Source of the DNA: Pseudomonadota bacterium
GTDB lineage: Archaea; Thermoplasmatota; SW-10-69-26; JACQPN01; JAJPHT01
DNA: 64,000 nucleotides
Assembly: GCA_021325135.1 (NCBI GenBank)
Contig: JAJPHT010000045.1
Coordinates: forward strand, 32,001-96,000
Direction: 5' to 3'
Part shown: one piece after another, positions 9,618-19,028 of the stretch
Position numbering within the stretch: the first letter of the stretch is position 1
Layout of the letters: each line of letters opens with the position of its first letter
Program-made: the position numbers and the translations under genes
Notes under the pieces: generated by a model
The model's input: only the letters and a program-made list of their open reading frames with translations
What the model was told of the DNA's origin: nothing
Databases searched by the model: none

Positions 9618-10552
9618 GGCCCCCTGGCTGGCTCGTCGCGGGGACGATCATGCTCTCCATCCTCGCCGTCTCCACCGCGGCTCCGGTCATCCGCCTCGCG
9701 GGGAGCGCGCCGCCCCTGGCGATCGCGTTCTGGCGCCTGCTCGACGCGACGGTCCTCCTGGTCCCCCTCGCGATCCTCTTCGCGCGCCGCGATCTTGCGC
9801 GCCTCTCGGGGCGCGACTGGGCGATGCTCCTGGGCGTGGGCGCGATCCTGGGCCTGCACTTCGCGACGTGGATCACCAGCGTCACGCTCACCAGCGTCGC
9901 GGCCAGCGTCGTCCTCGTCACGCTGCACCCGGTGTTCGTGGGCTTCGCCGCGCACCGTCTCTTCGGCGAGGGCCCGCGCCCCCTGGGGTGGGTCGGCATC
10001 GTCGTCGCGCTGGGCGGCGGCCTCCTCATCGCGGGCGGAGACGCCCGGGGCGGCGCCATGCCCCTTGTGGGCGACGCGCTGGCCTTCGCGGGCGCGCTCT
10101 GCGCCGCGCTCTACTTCCTCGCGGGCCGACGATATCGCCAGCGCCTCGGCCTGCTCGCCTACGTGACTCCCGTCTACGCGGGCGCCACCGTCACGCTGGC
10201 GATCCTCCTCGTCGCGCTGCCCGCGCCGTGGGGCGGCGGCTTCGCGACCTACGGCGCCGCCAACCAGGGGCTCTTCCTCGCCCTCGCGCTGGGCCCCATG
10301 ATCCTGGGCCACACGGGGCTCAACTGGGCGCTGAAGTACGTGCGCGCGCCGGTCATCGCCACCACCATCCTGGGCGAGCCCGTGGGCGCCTCCCTCCTCG
10401 CGCTCCTCCTCCCGCAGATCCACGAGGTGCCGCCCCCGACGACGCTCCTGGGCGGGGCGGTCGTCCTGGCGGGCATCCTCCTGGTGGGGCTGGACGAGGC
10501 GAGGCGGGACCGCCCCTCGGCCGCGCAGGAGGCCGCCGAGGTCGGCGGCTGA
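9614..10552 (+). CDS. EamA/DMT family transporter
   Basis: About 10 TM; IAFWRL, HFATW, GD.LA, LGEPVGA motifs; ATGA overlap. Confidence 0.9.
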   Translation: MRPPGWLVAGTIMLSILAVSTAAPVIRLAGSAPPLAIAFWRLLDATVLLVPLAILFARRDLARLSGRDWAMLLGVGAILGLHFATWITSVTLTSVAASVVLVTLHPVFVGFAAHRLFGEGPRPLGWVGIVVALGGGLLIAGGDARGGAMPLVGDALAFAGALCAALYFLAGRRYRQRLGLLAYVTPVYAGATVTLAILLVALPAPWGGGFATYGAANQGLFLALALGPMILGHTGLNWALKYVRAPVIATTILGEPVGASLLALLLPQIHEVPPPTTLLGGAVVLAGILLVGLDEARRDRPSAAQEAAEVGG

Positions 10553-10592
10553 AGCATCAAGCTTCAAGCCCGGGGCGGGGCCTGGGTCGGCG

Positions 10593-13586
10593 TTGAACCC
10601 GAGGCTCTGGTGGGCGCTGGGCGCCTTCGCCCTCGCCCTGGTCCTCCTGGCGCCCAGCCTCGCGCCGCTGCCGGCCAGCATGGACGAGTTCGCCAGCGAG
10701 CTCTCCAACGGCACGTTCCGCCCCTTCGGCCCGCCCGGGGGCAAGGGCCTCGTCGCGGGGCCCAACGCGCTGGGCGGGTTCACGGGCGCCTCCACGGGGA
10801 ACTACGTCGCGGGCGCAGGGGACGTCCCCAACGAGTGGGCGCTGGACCGCGAGAGCGGCGGCGGGGCCGTGGTCATCGACTACGTCTGCAACCCCAGCCC
10901 GGGCGCCATGAAGCGGCTGAAGGCCTTCGACCAGCTTGGGCCCGACGGCGCGACGCTGGAGGTGGCCGACAAGCGCCTGCGCCCCGTGGAGCCCGACAAG
11001 TCGCTCACCTACGACAGCCTCGTCGCGTGCAGCTTCCCCGTGCAGATCCATCCGGGCACGCCCGTGCCCATCTTCAGCGTCGCGCCCAAGGGGTTCGTCG
11101 TCTCCACGTGGAGCACCGATCCGCCCCTGGCGCGCCCGCTCTCGTTCCTCAAGGACGGCGCGGACACGTTCTACGTCCTGGGCAACGAGGAGAAGCGCGT
11201 CACGCTCAACCTCACCTTCCTCGTGGACAGCGGCTACTTCTCCTTCTCGCCTCCTCCGGGCGCCCGCGTCTCGGACTACGCGCGGGGCCTCGTGCCCGCG
11301 CTGCCCCCGGGGATCGCGGACGCGGCGAAGATCGTCATGGCGCGCGCGGGCGTCAAGGACCCGACGCTCGTGGGGCCCACGCTGGACGCGCTCAACGCCT
11401 ACTTCCGCTCCTTCACCGACGGCCCCATCCCCGGGCCCGACGAGGTGGACAGCCTCTACCTCGCCCTCGCGCTCTCGGGGCACGGCTGCTGCCGCCACCG
11501 CGCGTTCGCCTACATGGTCACGGCGCAGGCGGCGGGCATCCCCGCGCGCGTCGTCGTGAACGAGGCGCACGCGTTCCCCGAGGTCATGTTCCCCGACGGG
11601 AGCTGGCACCAGGTCAACCTGGGCGGCTGCGGCGCGTACACCGTCAACAACCCCAACAACTACCCCAGCCTCTTCGACGCCGCCGCCGAGCCGCGCCGCG
11701 AGGCGAACCCCGACGAGGGGCGCCCCCAGACGGCGGTCGCGACGTTCACCAACATCACCGAGGCGCCCCCGCGCATGGTCAAGGGCGAGGTCTACTTCGT
11801 GAACGGCACGGTGGAGGCCTCCAACGGGCGCCCGGTGGGCGGAGCGCCCGTCGACCTCTACCTCAACGCGACCAAGGCCACCAAGGGCAAGCTCATGACG
11901 TCGGGGCAGACCGACGCGTTCGGCCGCTTCAGCATCCAGTCGCGCGTGCCCGTGGACGTGGCGGCGCAGGGCTATCAATTGGTGGCCTCGGGCGGCACGG
12001 TGAGCGCGGGCCCCTTGCGCTACGAGGGGAGCTGGAGCGACCCCGCGGTGGACGTCTTCACGCCCACGCGCATCGTCCTGGCGCACGCCACCGCCGCGGC
12101 CGGCTTCCCCGCCAACGCCACGGGCCGCCTCGTGGACGTGGACGGGAACCCGGTGGGGCCCGCCACCATCCGGTGGTCCATCGGCTCGACGCAGGAGCGC
12201 GACCTCCAGGCCGACTCCACGGGCCTCTTCACCGCCGCGTTCCAGGCCAACGCCACGGGGAGCCTGGCGCTGTCGTTCTCCTACGACGGGGACGCGCACC
12301 ACGGCGCGTCGCAGGCGGACGAGGTGGTCGCGGTGACGCGCGGCACCATCCTCGCGCCCGCCAACGCGCCCATCCTCCTGCGCGGCGAGGTGGGGCTCGT
12401 GAGCGGGGACCTCGCCGTCTCGGGCGCCAGCCTCGCCGGGCGCCTCGTCACCGTCGCGCTCACCAACGCCACGCGCATTGTCGCCATCCCGCCGGCCCAG
12501 GCGACCACCGACGCCAGCGGCCACTTCGTCGCGCGCGTGCGCGTGCCCGCCAACGCGCTGCCCGGCGCCTACGCCGTGGACTACCGCGCGCCCGACCTCC
12601 AGGTGAACGCCACGGGCGTCGTGCGCGTCGCCATCCGCCCGGGCTTCGTCGTCGAGGCGCCCTCGCGCGTCGGGCCCACGGAGGGCTGGACCGCGACCGC
12701 CCAGGTCACCAGCGACGACGGCTCCGCGCTGGGCGGCGGCATCGTCGAGCTTCACGTCGACGGCAACGCGACGCCCCTCAAGACGCTCCTCACCAACGCG
12801 ACCGGCGTCGCGCGCTTCCAGGTGGAAGGCGGCGCGCTGCCTCCCGGGGACCACGCCATCACGCTGGCCTTCGCGGGCGACCGCGACCGCGCGCCCGCCG
12901 AGCAGACGGCCAACCTCCGCGTGCTGCCCCCCTTCTGGGCCCTCGTGCCCGCGTGGGTCTGGATCGCCCTCGGAAGCGCCGCGCTCGTGGGCGGCCTGGG
13001 CGCGTGGCTGCTGCGCCCCGGCGGCGTCGTGCGGAGGGTGGTCCTGCGCCCGCGCTGGCGGATCGACCTCTCGTGGCCCGACTTCCCGCCTGGCGTGGCG
13101 CCCGTCGCCGAGCCCGGCACCGCGGTGCGCGTCGTCGCCCAGGCCTTCGACGCGCAGGGGCGCCCGCGCAAGGCGCGCTTCGTCCTCGTGGCGCCCGGCG
13201 TCCGCCTGCGCTCGAAGGGCGAGTTCGAGCTTCGCGCGGGCGAGCCGGGCGTCCTGCCCCTGGAGGTGAAGGCCCGCGGCCGCGCGCGCTGGCTCGCCGC
13301 GCCCGCCCTCGCGCGCCTCCCCGTCGCGACCTACCGCGCCGCGGTGGAGCAGGGGTTCGTCGCGCTGCGCGGCGCGGCGAAGCTCGACGCCAGCGCGACG
13401 CCGGGCGACCTCGTCGACGCGCTCTCCCCCAAGCTGGAGCCCGCGCCGCGCGCGAGCCTCGCCGAGGCCGCGCGCCTCTTCGAGACGGCCGACTACAGCG
13501 AGGCGCCCGTGGACCGCGCGTTCTACCACGCCTTCGCCCAGGCGCGGCACGCCGTGGAGCGCGCGCTGGAGGGGGCCGATGGCTGA
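10593..13586 (+). CDS. transglutaminase-like domain surface protein with Ig-like repeats, TM and C-terminal DUF4129-like domain
   Basis: GCCRHRA...GIPAR..HAFPEV...W transglutaminase core; LFETADYS C-terminal motif; many NxT/S sequons. Confidence 0.8.
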   Translation: MNPRLWWALGAFALALVLLAPSLAPLPASMDEFASELSNGTFRPFGPPGGKGLVAGPNALGGFTGASTGNYVAGAGDVPNEWALDRESGGGAVVIDYVCNPSPGAMKRLKAFDQLGPDGATLEVADKRLRPVEPDKSLTYDSLVACSFPVQIHPGTPVPIFSVAPKGFVVSTWSTDPPLARPLSFLKDGADTFYVLGNEEKRVTLNLTFLVDSGYFSFSPPPGARVSDYARGLVPALPPGIADAAKIVMARAGVKDPTLVGPTLDALNAYFRSFTDGPIPGPDEVDSLYLALALSGHGCCRHRAFAYMVTAQAAGIPARVVVNEAHAFPEVMFPDGSWHQVNLGGCGAYTVNNPNNYPSLFDAAAEPRREANPDEGRPQTAVATFTNITEAPPRMVKGEVYFVNGTVEASNGRPVGGAPVDLYLNATKATKGKLMTSGQTDAFGRFSIQSRVPVDVAAQGYQLVASGGTVSAGPLRYEGSWSDPAVDVFTPTRIVLAHATAAAGFPANATGRLVDVDGNPVGPATIRWSIGSTQERDLQADSTGLFTAAFQANATGSLALSFSYDGDAHHGASQADEVVAVTRGTILAPANAPILLRGEVGLVSGDLAVSGASLAGRLVTVALTNATRIVAIPPAQATTDASGHFVARVRVPANALPGAYAVDYRAPDLQVNATGVVRVAIRPGFVVEAPSRVGPTEGWTATAQVTSDDGSALGGGIVELHVDGNATPLKTLLTNATGVARFQVEGGALPPGDHAITLAFAGDRDRAPAEQTANLRVLPPFWALVPAWVWIALGSAALVGGLGAWLLRPGGVVRRVVLRPRWRIDLSWPDFPPGVAPVAEPGTAVRVVAQAFDAQGRPRKARFVLVAPGVRLRSKGEFELRAGEPGVLPLEVKARGRARWLAAPALARLPVATYRAAVEQGFVALRGAAKLDASATPGDLVDALSPKLEPAPRASLAEAARLFETADYSEAPVDRAFYHAFAQARHAVERALEGADG

Positions 13587-14571
13587 GGAGGTGACGCCGG
13601 GCCCCACCGAGGCCGGCGCCTGGCTCGTGGCGGGCGTCGCGTTCGCCGTCGCGCTCCTGGTGTTCCGCTCCGCGACGATCCTGCCCGCGGGCCTCTTCGA
13701 CGGGTGCGCTGCCGCGCTGGTCGCCATGGGGGCGGCGCCTCTCGCGCACCGCCGCCTGGGCCCCGCCGCGGCGACGCTGCTGCGCGGCGCGGGCCTCGTC
13801 GCCGCCGCGCTCCTCGTGACCGCGAGCCTCGTGGCGCCCTGGGATCGCGCCGCGCCCCCCCTCGCCCTGCTGATCGCGGGCGCGACGCTCCTCCAGGCCG
13901 CGCGCGGGCGTCTCCTCGCTGGGGTGGGCCTCGCGACGCTGGCCGCCGGGCTCGCGCTGGGCTGGTGGCTCTCGGGCGACTTCCCCGAGAGCGGCCGCCT
14001 CCGCTTCGCCCTCGCGCTCACGGCCGCGGGCGCGGCGGGGCTCCTGGCGGCGCGGCGGAGCCTCGTCGCGCGCGGGCACGGCGCCATCGTGCCGGGCCCC
14101 GCCGGGCTCATCGCCGGCGCCGCCGTGGGCGCGACGTACCTCTCGTACCGCGGCCTCGTCGCCCTCCACGTCGGGAACCTGCCCCTCTACGAGTGGAGCC
14201 TGGGCGTCGCGCTCTCGCTGCTGCTGCTCGCGCGCATCCGCCGCGGCGCGCGCGAAGGCGAGGCGCCCGAGGCGTGGAGCAGCGAAGCGCGCCGGCACGC
14301 TCAAGACGCGACGCCCCTCTACGACGCGCGCATGGCCCCTCTGGCCGCGGTGCTCGCCCGTTACCTGGAGACGGGCGCCGGCTTCGAGGAGTACCGCGCG
14401 ACGCTGGAGGCCGCCGCGCCCGACGCCGCGCCGCGCCTGAAGGCCATCCTCGCCGCGCCGCACCCCGCGGAGGGCCGCTCCCGCGCGGCCCGCCGGGAGG
14501 CGGCCGCCCGCCGGCTGGCCGCCCACAAGGCCGCCCTTGAAGCCATCGAGACGCCGATCCGGAGCCGCTGA
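13579..14571 (+). CDS. hypothetical membrane protein of the MoxR operon
   Basis: Multiple TM helices; overlaps the upstream gene. Confidence 0.7.
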   Translation: MAEEVTPGPTEAGAWLVAGVAFAVALLVFRSATILPAGLFDGCAAALVAMGAAPLAHRRLGPAAATLLRGAGLVAAALLVTASLVAPWDRAAPPLALLIAGATLLQAARGRLLAGVGLATLAAGLALGWWLSGDFPESGRLRFALALTAAGAAGLLAARRSLVARGHGAIVPGPAGLIAGAAVGATYLSYRGLVALHVGNLPLYEWSLGVALSLLLLARIRRGAREGEAPEAWSSEARRHAQDATPLYDARMAPLAAVLARYLETGAGFEEYRATLEAAAPDAAPRLKAILAAPHPAEGRSRAARREAAARRLAAHKAALEAIETPIRSR

Positions 14572-14572
14572 C

Positions 14573-15574
14573 ATGGACGCCCCCCAGCCCGCGTGTGCCC
14601 GCATCCTCGACGGCGTCGCCCAGACCTTCGTGGGCGACCGCCTCCTCCTGCGCAAGCTCCTCTCGGGCGCGCTCGCCAACGGGCACGTCCTCTTCGAGGA
14701 CCACCCCGGCCTCGGGAAGACGCTGCTGGTCAAGGCCTTCGCCCGCGCCATCGGCTGCGACAGCAAGCGCGTGCAGTTCACCCCGGACCTCCTCCCCGGT
14801 GATATCACCGGCACGCACGTCTGGAGCAGCCGCGACGAGCGCTTCCAGCTCGCCCGCGGCCCGGTCTTCACCAACGTGCTCCTCGCGGACGAGATCAACC
14901 GCGCGCCCCCCAAGACGCAGAGCGCGCTCCTGGAAGCCATGGAGGAGCGCCAGGTCACCATCGAGGGCGAGACGCACTTGCTCCCCTCCCCCTTCTTCGT
15001 CCTCGCCACGCAGAACCCGCTGGAGCAGGAGGGGACGTACCCGCTCCCCGAGGCGCAGCTGGACCGCTTCGTGCTGCGGCTCACCACGGGCTACCCCAAG
15101 GACGTGGAGAGCGAGACGGAGATCCTCCGCCGCCGCCTCGCGTGGAAGCGCGACGACCCCACCAAGGACCTCAAGCCCGTGGTGGACGCCGAGGGCTTCC
15201 GCCGCATGCAGGAGGAGGTGGAGGAGAAGGTCTACGTCCACCCCGCGCTCCTCGTCTACATCAGCCGCCTCGTGCGCGGCGTGCGTGAGCACCCCCACGT
15301 CGCGGCCGGGCCCAGCCCCCGCGGCGCTCTGGCGCTCCTTCGCCTCTCCCGAGCGCACGCCTACGTGCAGGGGCGCAACTTCGTGACGCCCGACGACGTG
15401 AAGATCTTCGTCGAGGACGCGCTCTCGCACCGCATCCTGCTGGACGTGGAGCGCGCGCTGGAGGGGCGCGAGGAGCGCGCCGTCGTGCGCGAGGTCCTGG
15501 ACAAGACCGAGGCGCCGCTGCGCTTCGGGAACCAGCCGCCGGAGGCCGCGCCGCCCAAGCGCGCGGGGGTCTGA
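14573..15574 (+). CDS. moxR: MoxR family AAA+ ATPase
   Basis: PGLGKT Walker A, RVQFTPDLLPGDITG, LLADEINRAPPKTQSALLEAM, ATQNPLEQEGTYPLPEAQLDRF. Confidence 0.95.
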   Translation: MDAPQPACARILDGVAQTFVGDRLLLRKLLSGALANGHVLFEDHPGLGKTLLVKAFARAIGCDSKRVQFTPDLLPGDITGTHVWSSRDERFQLARGPVFTNVLLADEINRAPPKTQSALLEAMEERQVTIEGETHLLPSPFFVLATQNPLEQEGTYPLPEAQLDRFVLRLTTGYPKDVESETEILRRRLAWKRDDPTKDLKPVVDAEGFRRMQEEVEEKVYVHPALLVYISRLVRGVREHPHVAAGPSPRGALALLRLSRAHAYVQGRNFVTPDDVKIFVEDALSHRILLDVERALEGREERAVVREVLDKTEAPLRFGNQPPEAAPPKRAGV

Positions 15575-15575
15575 G

Positions 15576-16880
15576 GTGGCCCGCCTCGCCCGCGCCGGCG
15601 CGGCCCTCGCCACCGCGGGGCTGGGCCTCCTGGGCCTGGGCATGGCCGTGGGCAACCTCGCCCTCCTCGCGCTCTCCGTCTTCCCGCTCTCCCTTCTCGC
15701 CTACTCCATCGCGACGCAGCCGCGCGGCGATCCCCTGGGCAGCCGCCAGCTCTCCACGCGCTCGCCCCGGCGCGGCGAGGCGGTGGAGATGGTCGTCCGC
15801 TCGCAGGCCTCCGAGGCGGGCGACGTCGTCGAGGTCCACGCGCCCATGCCCGAGTCCACCAGCATCGAGTGGGGCAGCAACCTCACGCTCCACCACGGGC
15901 CCGGCGCGCGCGGCGCCATCGTGCGCTTCCGTGTCCACGCCCGCGGCGCCGCCGCGCTGCCCCCGGTCGTCGCCGAGCGCATCGACGCCCTGGGCCTCCT
16001 CGCGCCGCGCTCCACGGAGATCGCGCCCGCCGAGACGCTGCGCGTGGCGCCCCGCGTCTACCCCTCCGAGGGCTTCCGCCGCCGCGGCGCGGGCGCGCTG
16101 CGCCTCCAGCAGGCGCGCCTGGGCGTCGGCAGCGCGGACTTCCGCGAGCTTCGCGACTACGCCTGGGGCGATCCCCCCAAGAGCATCCACTGGCGCGCGA
16201 CCGCGCGGCGCCTCTCCGCCTACGCGGGCCGCGGCGGCCCGGGCAGCACGCCGCTGGTCAAGGAGTACGACAAGGAGGGGCGCCGCAGCGCGCTGGTCCT
16301 CCTGGACGGCGGCGACGCGCTGCGCGTCGGCACCACGCTGGAGACGGGCCTGGACCACGGCGTGGAGGCCGCGCTGGCCGCGTGCCGCCTTTTGCTATCG
16401 CAGGGGATCCGCGTCGGCGCGGCCACCTATGGCGCGAAGGCCGGGCTGCCCGAGCCCCCCGAGGCGGGCGAGGGGCAGATGCCGCAGCTGGAGCGCGCGC
16501 TCTCCCCCGGCGAGCCCGACGCGGCCGCGACGCCCGTGCGCGCGCTCCAGCAGCTCCAGCCCCACCTCGTGGGCTCGCGCCCCGTGCTGGTCGTCGTGAC
16601 GCGCGTGACGCCCGCCACCGCGGCCCAGCTGGCGGAGACGGCGGGCCACCTGCGCGTCATGCTGCGCGAGAAGGGCCGGCGCCTGCCCCTGGTGGTCATC
16701 GACGTGCGCGCGCTCTCCCTCGTCCCCGAGCGCGGCGAGGCGTGGAGGGGTGCTACGCGCCTCGTGGAGCGCGAGGACGCGGCCGCCGCGAGGCGCGTTG
16801 CCGCCGCGGGCGCCCGCCTTGTCCCGTGGCGCCCCGGTGACGACCTGCACGCGCTCCTGGCCCGGGAGGGGATCGCGTGA
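15576..16880 (+). CDS. DUF58 domain protein
   Basis: DFRELRDYAWGDPPKSIHWRATAR...VKEY motif; directly downstream of moxR. Confidence 0.9.
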   Translation: MARLARAGAALATAGLGLLGLGMAVGNLALLALSVFPLSLLAYSIATQPRGDPLGSRQLSTRSPRRGEAVEMVVRSQASEAGDVVEVHAPMPESTSIEWGSNLTLHHGPGARGAIVRFRVHARGAAALPPVVAERIDALGLLAPRSTEIAPAETLRVAPRVYPSEGFRRRGAGALRLQQARLGVGSADFRELRDYAWGDPPKSIHWRATARRLSAYAGRGGPGSTPLVKEYDKEGRRSALVLLDGGDALRVGTTLETGLDHGVEAALAACRLLLSQGIRVGAATYGAKAGLPEPPEAGEGQMPQLERALSPGEPDAAATPVRALQQLQPHLVGSRPVLVVVTRVTPATAAQLAETAGHLRVMLREKGRRLPLVVIDVRALSLVPERGEAWRGATRLVEREDAAAARRVAAAGARLVPWRPGDDLHALLAREGIA

Positions 16881-17524
16881 GCGCCATGCGCCTCCTCGTG
16901 CGCGCGCCCTTCCTGGCGCTCCTCGCGCTGCTCCTCATGCTCCTGGGGCTGCGCTCCAGCCTGCTGCGCCTCGTGCCGCTGGACCTTGGGGCCTTCCCGC
17001 TCAACGCGCTCCTCTTCGCCGCGCTCGCGCTCCTGCTCCTCCCCGCGCTCCTCGCCCGCGGCTCGCCCCTTCCCCTCGCCACCGCCGTCGCCCTGCCCGT
17101 GGTCACGCTCTCGGCGTATGGCGAGAGCAAGCTCGACTGGCTGCGCACGCTCAAGGACTTCGGCGTCGCCGAGACGGGCGGCACCTCCTTCGCGCGCCTG
17201 GGCCTCGCGCTGGCGGTCCTCGTCCTCCTCTGGGCGCTCCACGCGACGGACTTCGCCGCGCGCCTGCGCTGGCGCGCCCTCTCGCGCGGCATCCCCGAGG
17301 AGCAGGCCAACGGCGCGGCCCTCGCCTCGCTGGCCCGCAGCGGCGCGGCCACCCTCTTCGCCCTCGCCGTCACGGCCCTCCTGGGCGCCGCCGTCTTCTG
17401 GAGCGCCGCGCTGGGCGACGTGCTGGGCCTCGCGGGGCTCGCGTTCGTGGTGCCGCTGGCGGCGACCGCGCTCGTGGGGATCGGCGGCTACGTCCTGGTG
17501 CGCGGGGCGCGCTCGTCCGAGTGA
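16877..17524 (+). CDS. hypothetical membrane protein
   Basis: Highly hydrophobic; GTGA overlap with DUF58 gene. Confidence 0.7.
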   Translation: MSAMRLLVRAPFLALLALLLMLLGLRSSLLRLVPLDLGAFPLNALLFAALALLLLPALLARGSPLPLATAVALPVVTLSAYGESKLDWLRTLKDFGVAETGGTSFARLGLALAVLVLLWALHATDFAARLRWRALSRGIPEEQANGAALASLARSGAATLFALAVTALLGAAVFWSAALGDVLGLAGLAFVVPLAATALVGIGGYVLVRGARSSE

Positions 17525-17614
17525 TTCTCCCCCTGCTCGCCGGTCCCCGATGCAACCCGAACCCACGAACCGCCGGACCACAGTCCCTACTTTGGTCCGG
17601 TGGAGAATGAAAGG

Positions 17615-18178
17615 TCAGCGGACCAAAGTCAAGAGATCAGCCTTCGAGACGATCCCGACGACCTTCCCCTTCTCCAGCACCAGGATGGCGTCTTGGTCCT
17701 CCAGGAGGCGGTACGCCTGCTCGACGCCCATCTCGGGCCCGGCCATGGGGAGCGGCGGCGCCATGAGGTCCTGCACGGGCGTCCGCGCGAGGGCGTCCGC
17801 GTCGGTGGCCTCCGAGAGCGCGTGCACGATGACGCGGTCCGACAGGCTGCCCACGGGGGAGCCCTTGGCGAGCACGGGGACCTGGCTGATGCCCTTCTCG
17901 CGCATGACGCGGATGGCGACGCTCACGGTGTCGGTGGCGCGCACGGTGGCGACGGGCCGCGTCATGACCTCGCCCAGGAGGATGCCCTTCCCTTCAGCGC
18001 GGTTGAGCGCCTCCAGGATCGCGTTGTAGGTGGAGCAGCGCGGGTCCACGGTGCCGTTCTCGATGCGCGCGATCAGGGGCTGCGAGACGCCGGCGGCCTT
18101 CGCGAGCTGCGCCTGCGTGAGGGCGAGCTTCTTGCGCAGCGCGCGCACCTCGGCCGGGTGCGGCATGTGGAGCGGCAT
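17615..18178 (-). CDS. XRE-HTH + CBS-pair transcriptional regulator (archaeal type)
   Basis: LTQAQLAKAAGVSQPLIARIENG.VDP HTH; ISQVPVL and VVGIVSKADLL CBS motifs. Confidence 0.9.
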   Translation of the reverse strand: MPLHMPHPAEVRALRKKLALTQAQLAKAAGVSQPLIARIENGTVDPRCSTYNAILEALNRAEGKGILLGEVMTRPVATVRATDTVSVAIRVMREKGISQVPVLAKGSPVGSLSDRVIVHALSEATDADALARTPVQDLMAPPLPMAGPEMGVEQAYRLLEDQDAILVLEKGKVVGIVSKADLLTLVR

Positions 18179-18269
18179 CGATCCCTGCATGAGAACCGGC
18201 ATTTGATAACCCTTGTGCATGCACGCCAGCCGGCCAAGGGCTTTTGCGGCCCCCTGGGGATGCGCCCGC

Positions 18270-19001
18270 GTGAGGCTGCTTCCCGCGCTCCTCGTCGCCA
18301 TCCTCTGCGCCGCTCCCGCCGCGCTGGCCGAGGACACGCTCACCTCCTTCGAGACGCCCCACCAGGGGAAGGACGCGCAGTGGACGTTCCTCGTGGAGGG
18401 GCGCGAGGCCTACAACGCCAGCGCGGTCGTGTTCCTCAACGCCGTGCGCAGCCCCTTCGAGATCATGGTCCGCGCCCAGAACGGCACGACGATGTTCGAC
18501 CAGAAGGGGGCGCGCGGCATCCAGACGCTGCCTCCGCTGGCGCCAGGCCGCTACACGGTCGTCGTCAAGGGGGACGGCACCTTCTCCATCACGCAGCGCT
18601 ACCTCGACGCCGCGGGGACCGCGGGCGGCGTCACCGACGTGAACGCCACGCTGGGCGCCACGCAGGGATGGGTCATCGTCCCCTCGCAGGCGTGGCGCGT
18701 GTTCGTCAACGGCAGCGTCTCCGTGGACTGGGACGACCTCGTCACGGCGGGCGGCTCCGCGAACCTTGAGCGCCTGGAGGCCCCGCTCAACCACACTATC
18801 CTCGCGGGGCGGCCCGCGTTCCTCCTGCTGCGCGGCGACCCCGGCTCGGCGTACTCCATCCACCTGGAGCCCGCGCCCGACCTCGCCGCCGCGGCGTCCG
18901 CGCCCCCGGCGGCCAAGACCCCGGGCCCCACGCTGGCGCTCGTCGCATGCGCGACGCTCCTCGCGCTGGCGCTGCGCCGTGGCCTCGGCCGCAGGCCTTA
19001 A
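18270..19001 (+). CDS. secreted surface protein with PGF-CTERM-like sorting signal
   Basis: Signal peptide; C-terminus KTPGP + TM helix + RR. Confidence 0.7.
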   Translation: MRLLPALLVAILCAAPAALAEDTLTSFETPHQGKDAQWTFLVEGREAYNASAVVFLNAVRSPFEIMVRAQNGTTMFDQKGARGIQTLPPLAPGRYTVVVKGDGTFSITQRYLDAAGTAGGVTDVNATLGATQGWVIVPSQAWRVFVNGSVSVDWDDLVTAGGSANLERLEAPLNHTILAGRPAFLLLRGDPGSAYSIHLEPAPDLAAAASAPPAAKTPGPTLALVACATLLALALRRGLGRRP

Positions 19002-19028
19002 GGGCCACCGCCGGGCTGCCCACGCCTG

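Noticed and set aside
10557-14111. Very long antisense or alternate-frame ORFs (also 17994-21098, 1939-4011, 23779-26151, 48163-50349)
   Set aside because: Shadow ORFs of high-GC genes; they overlap well-supported genes and lack motifs.
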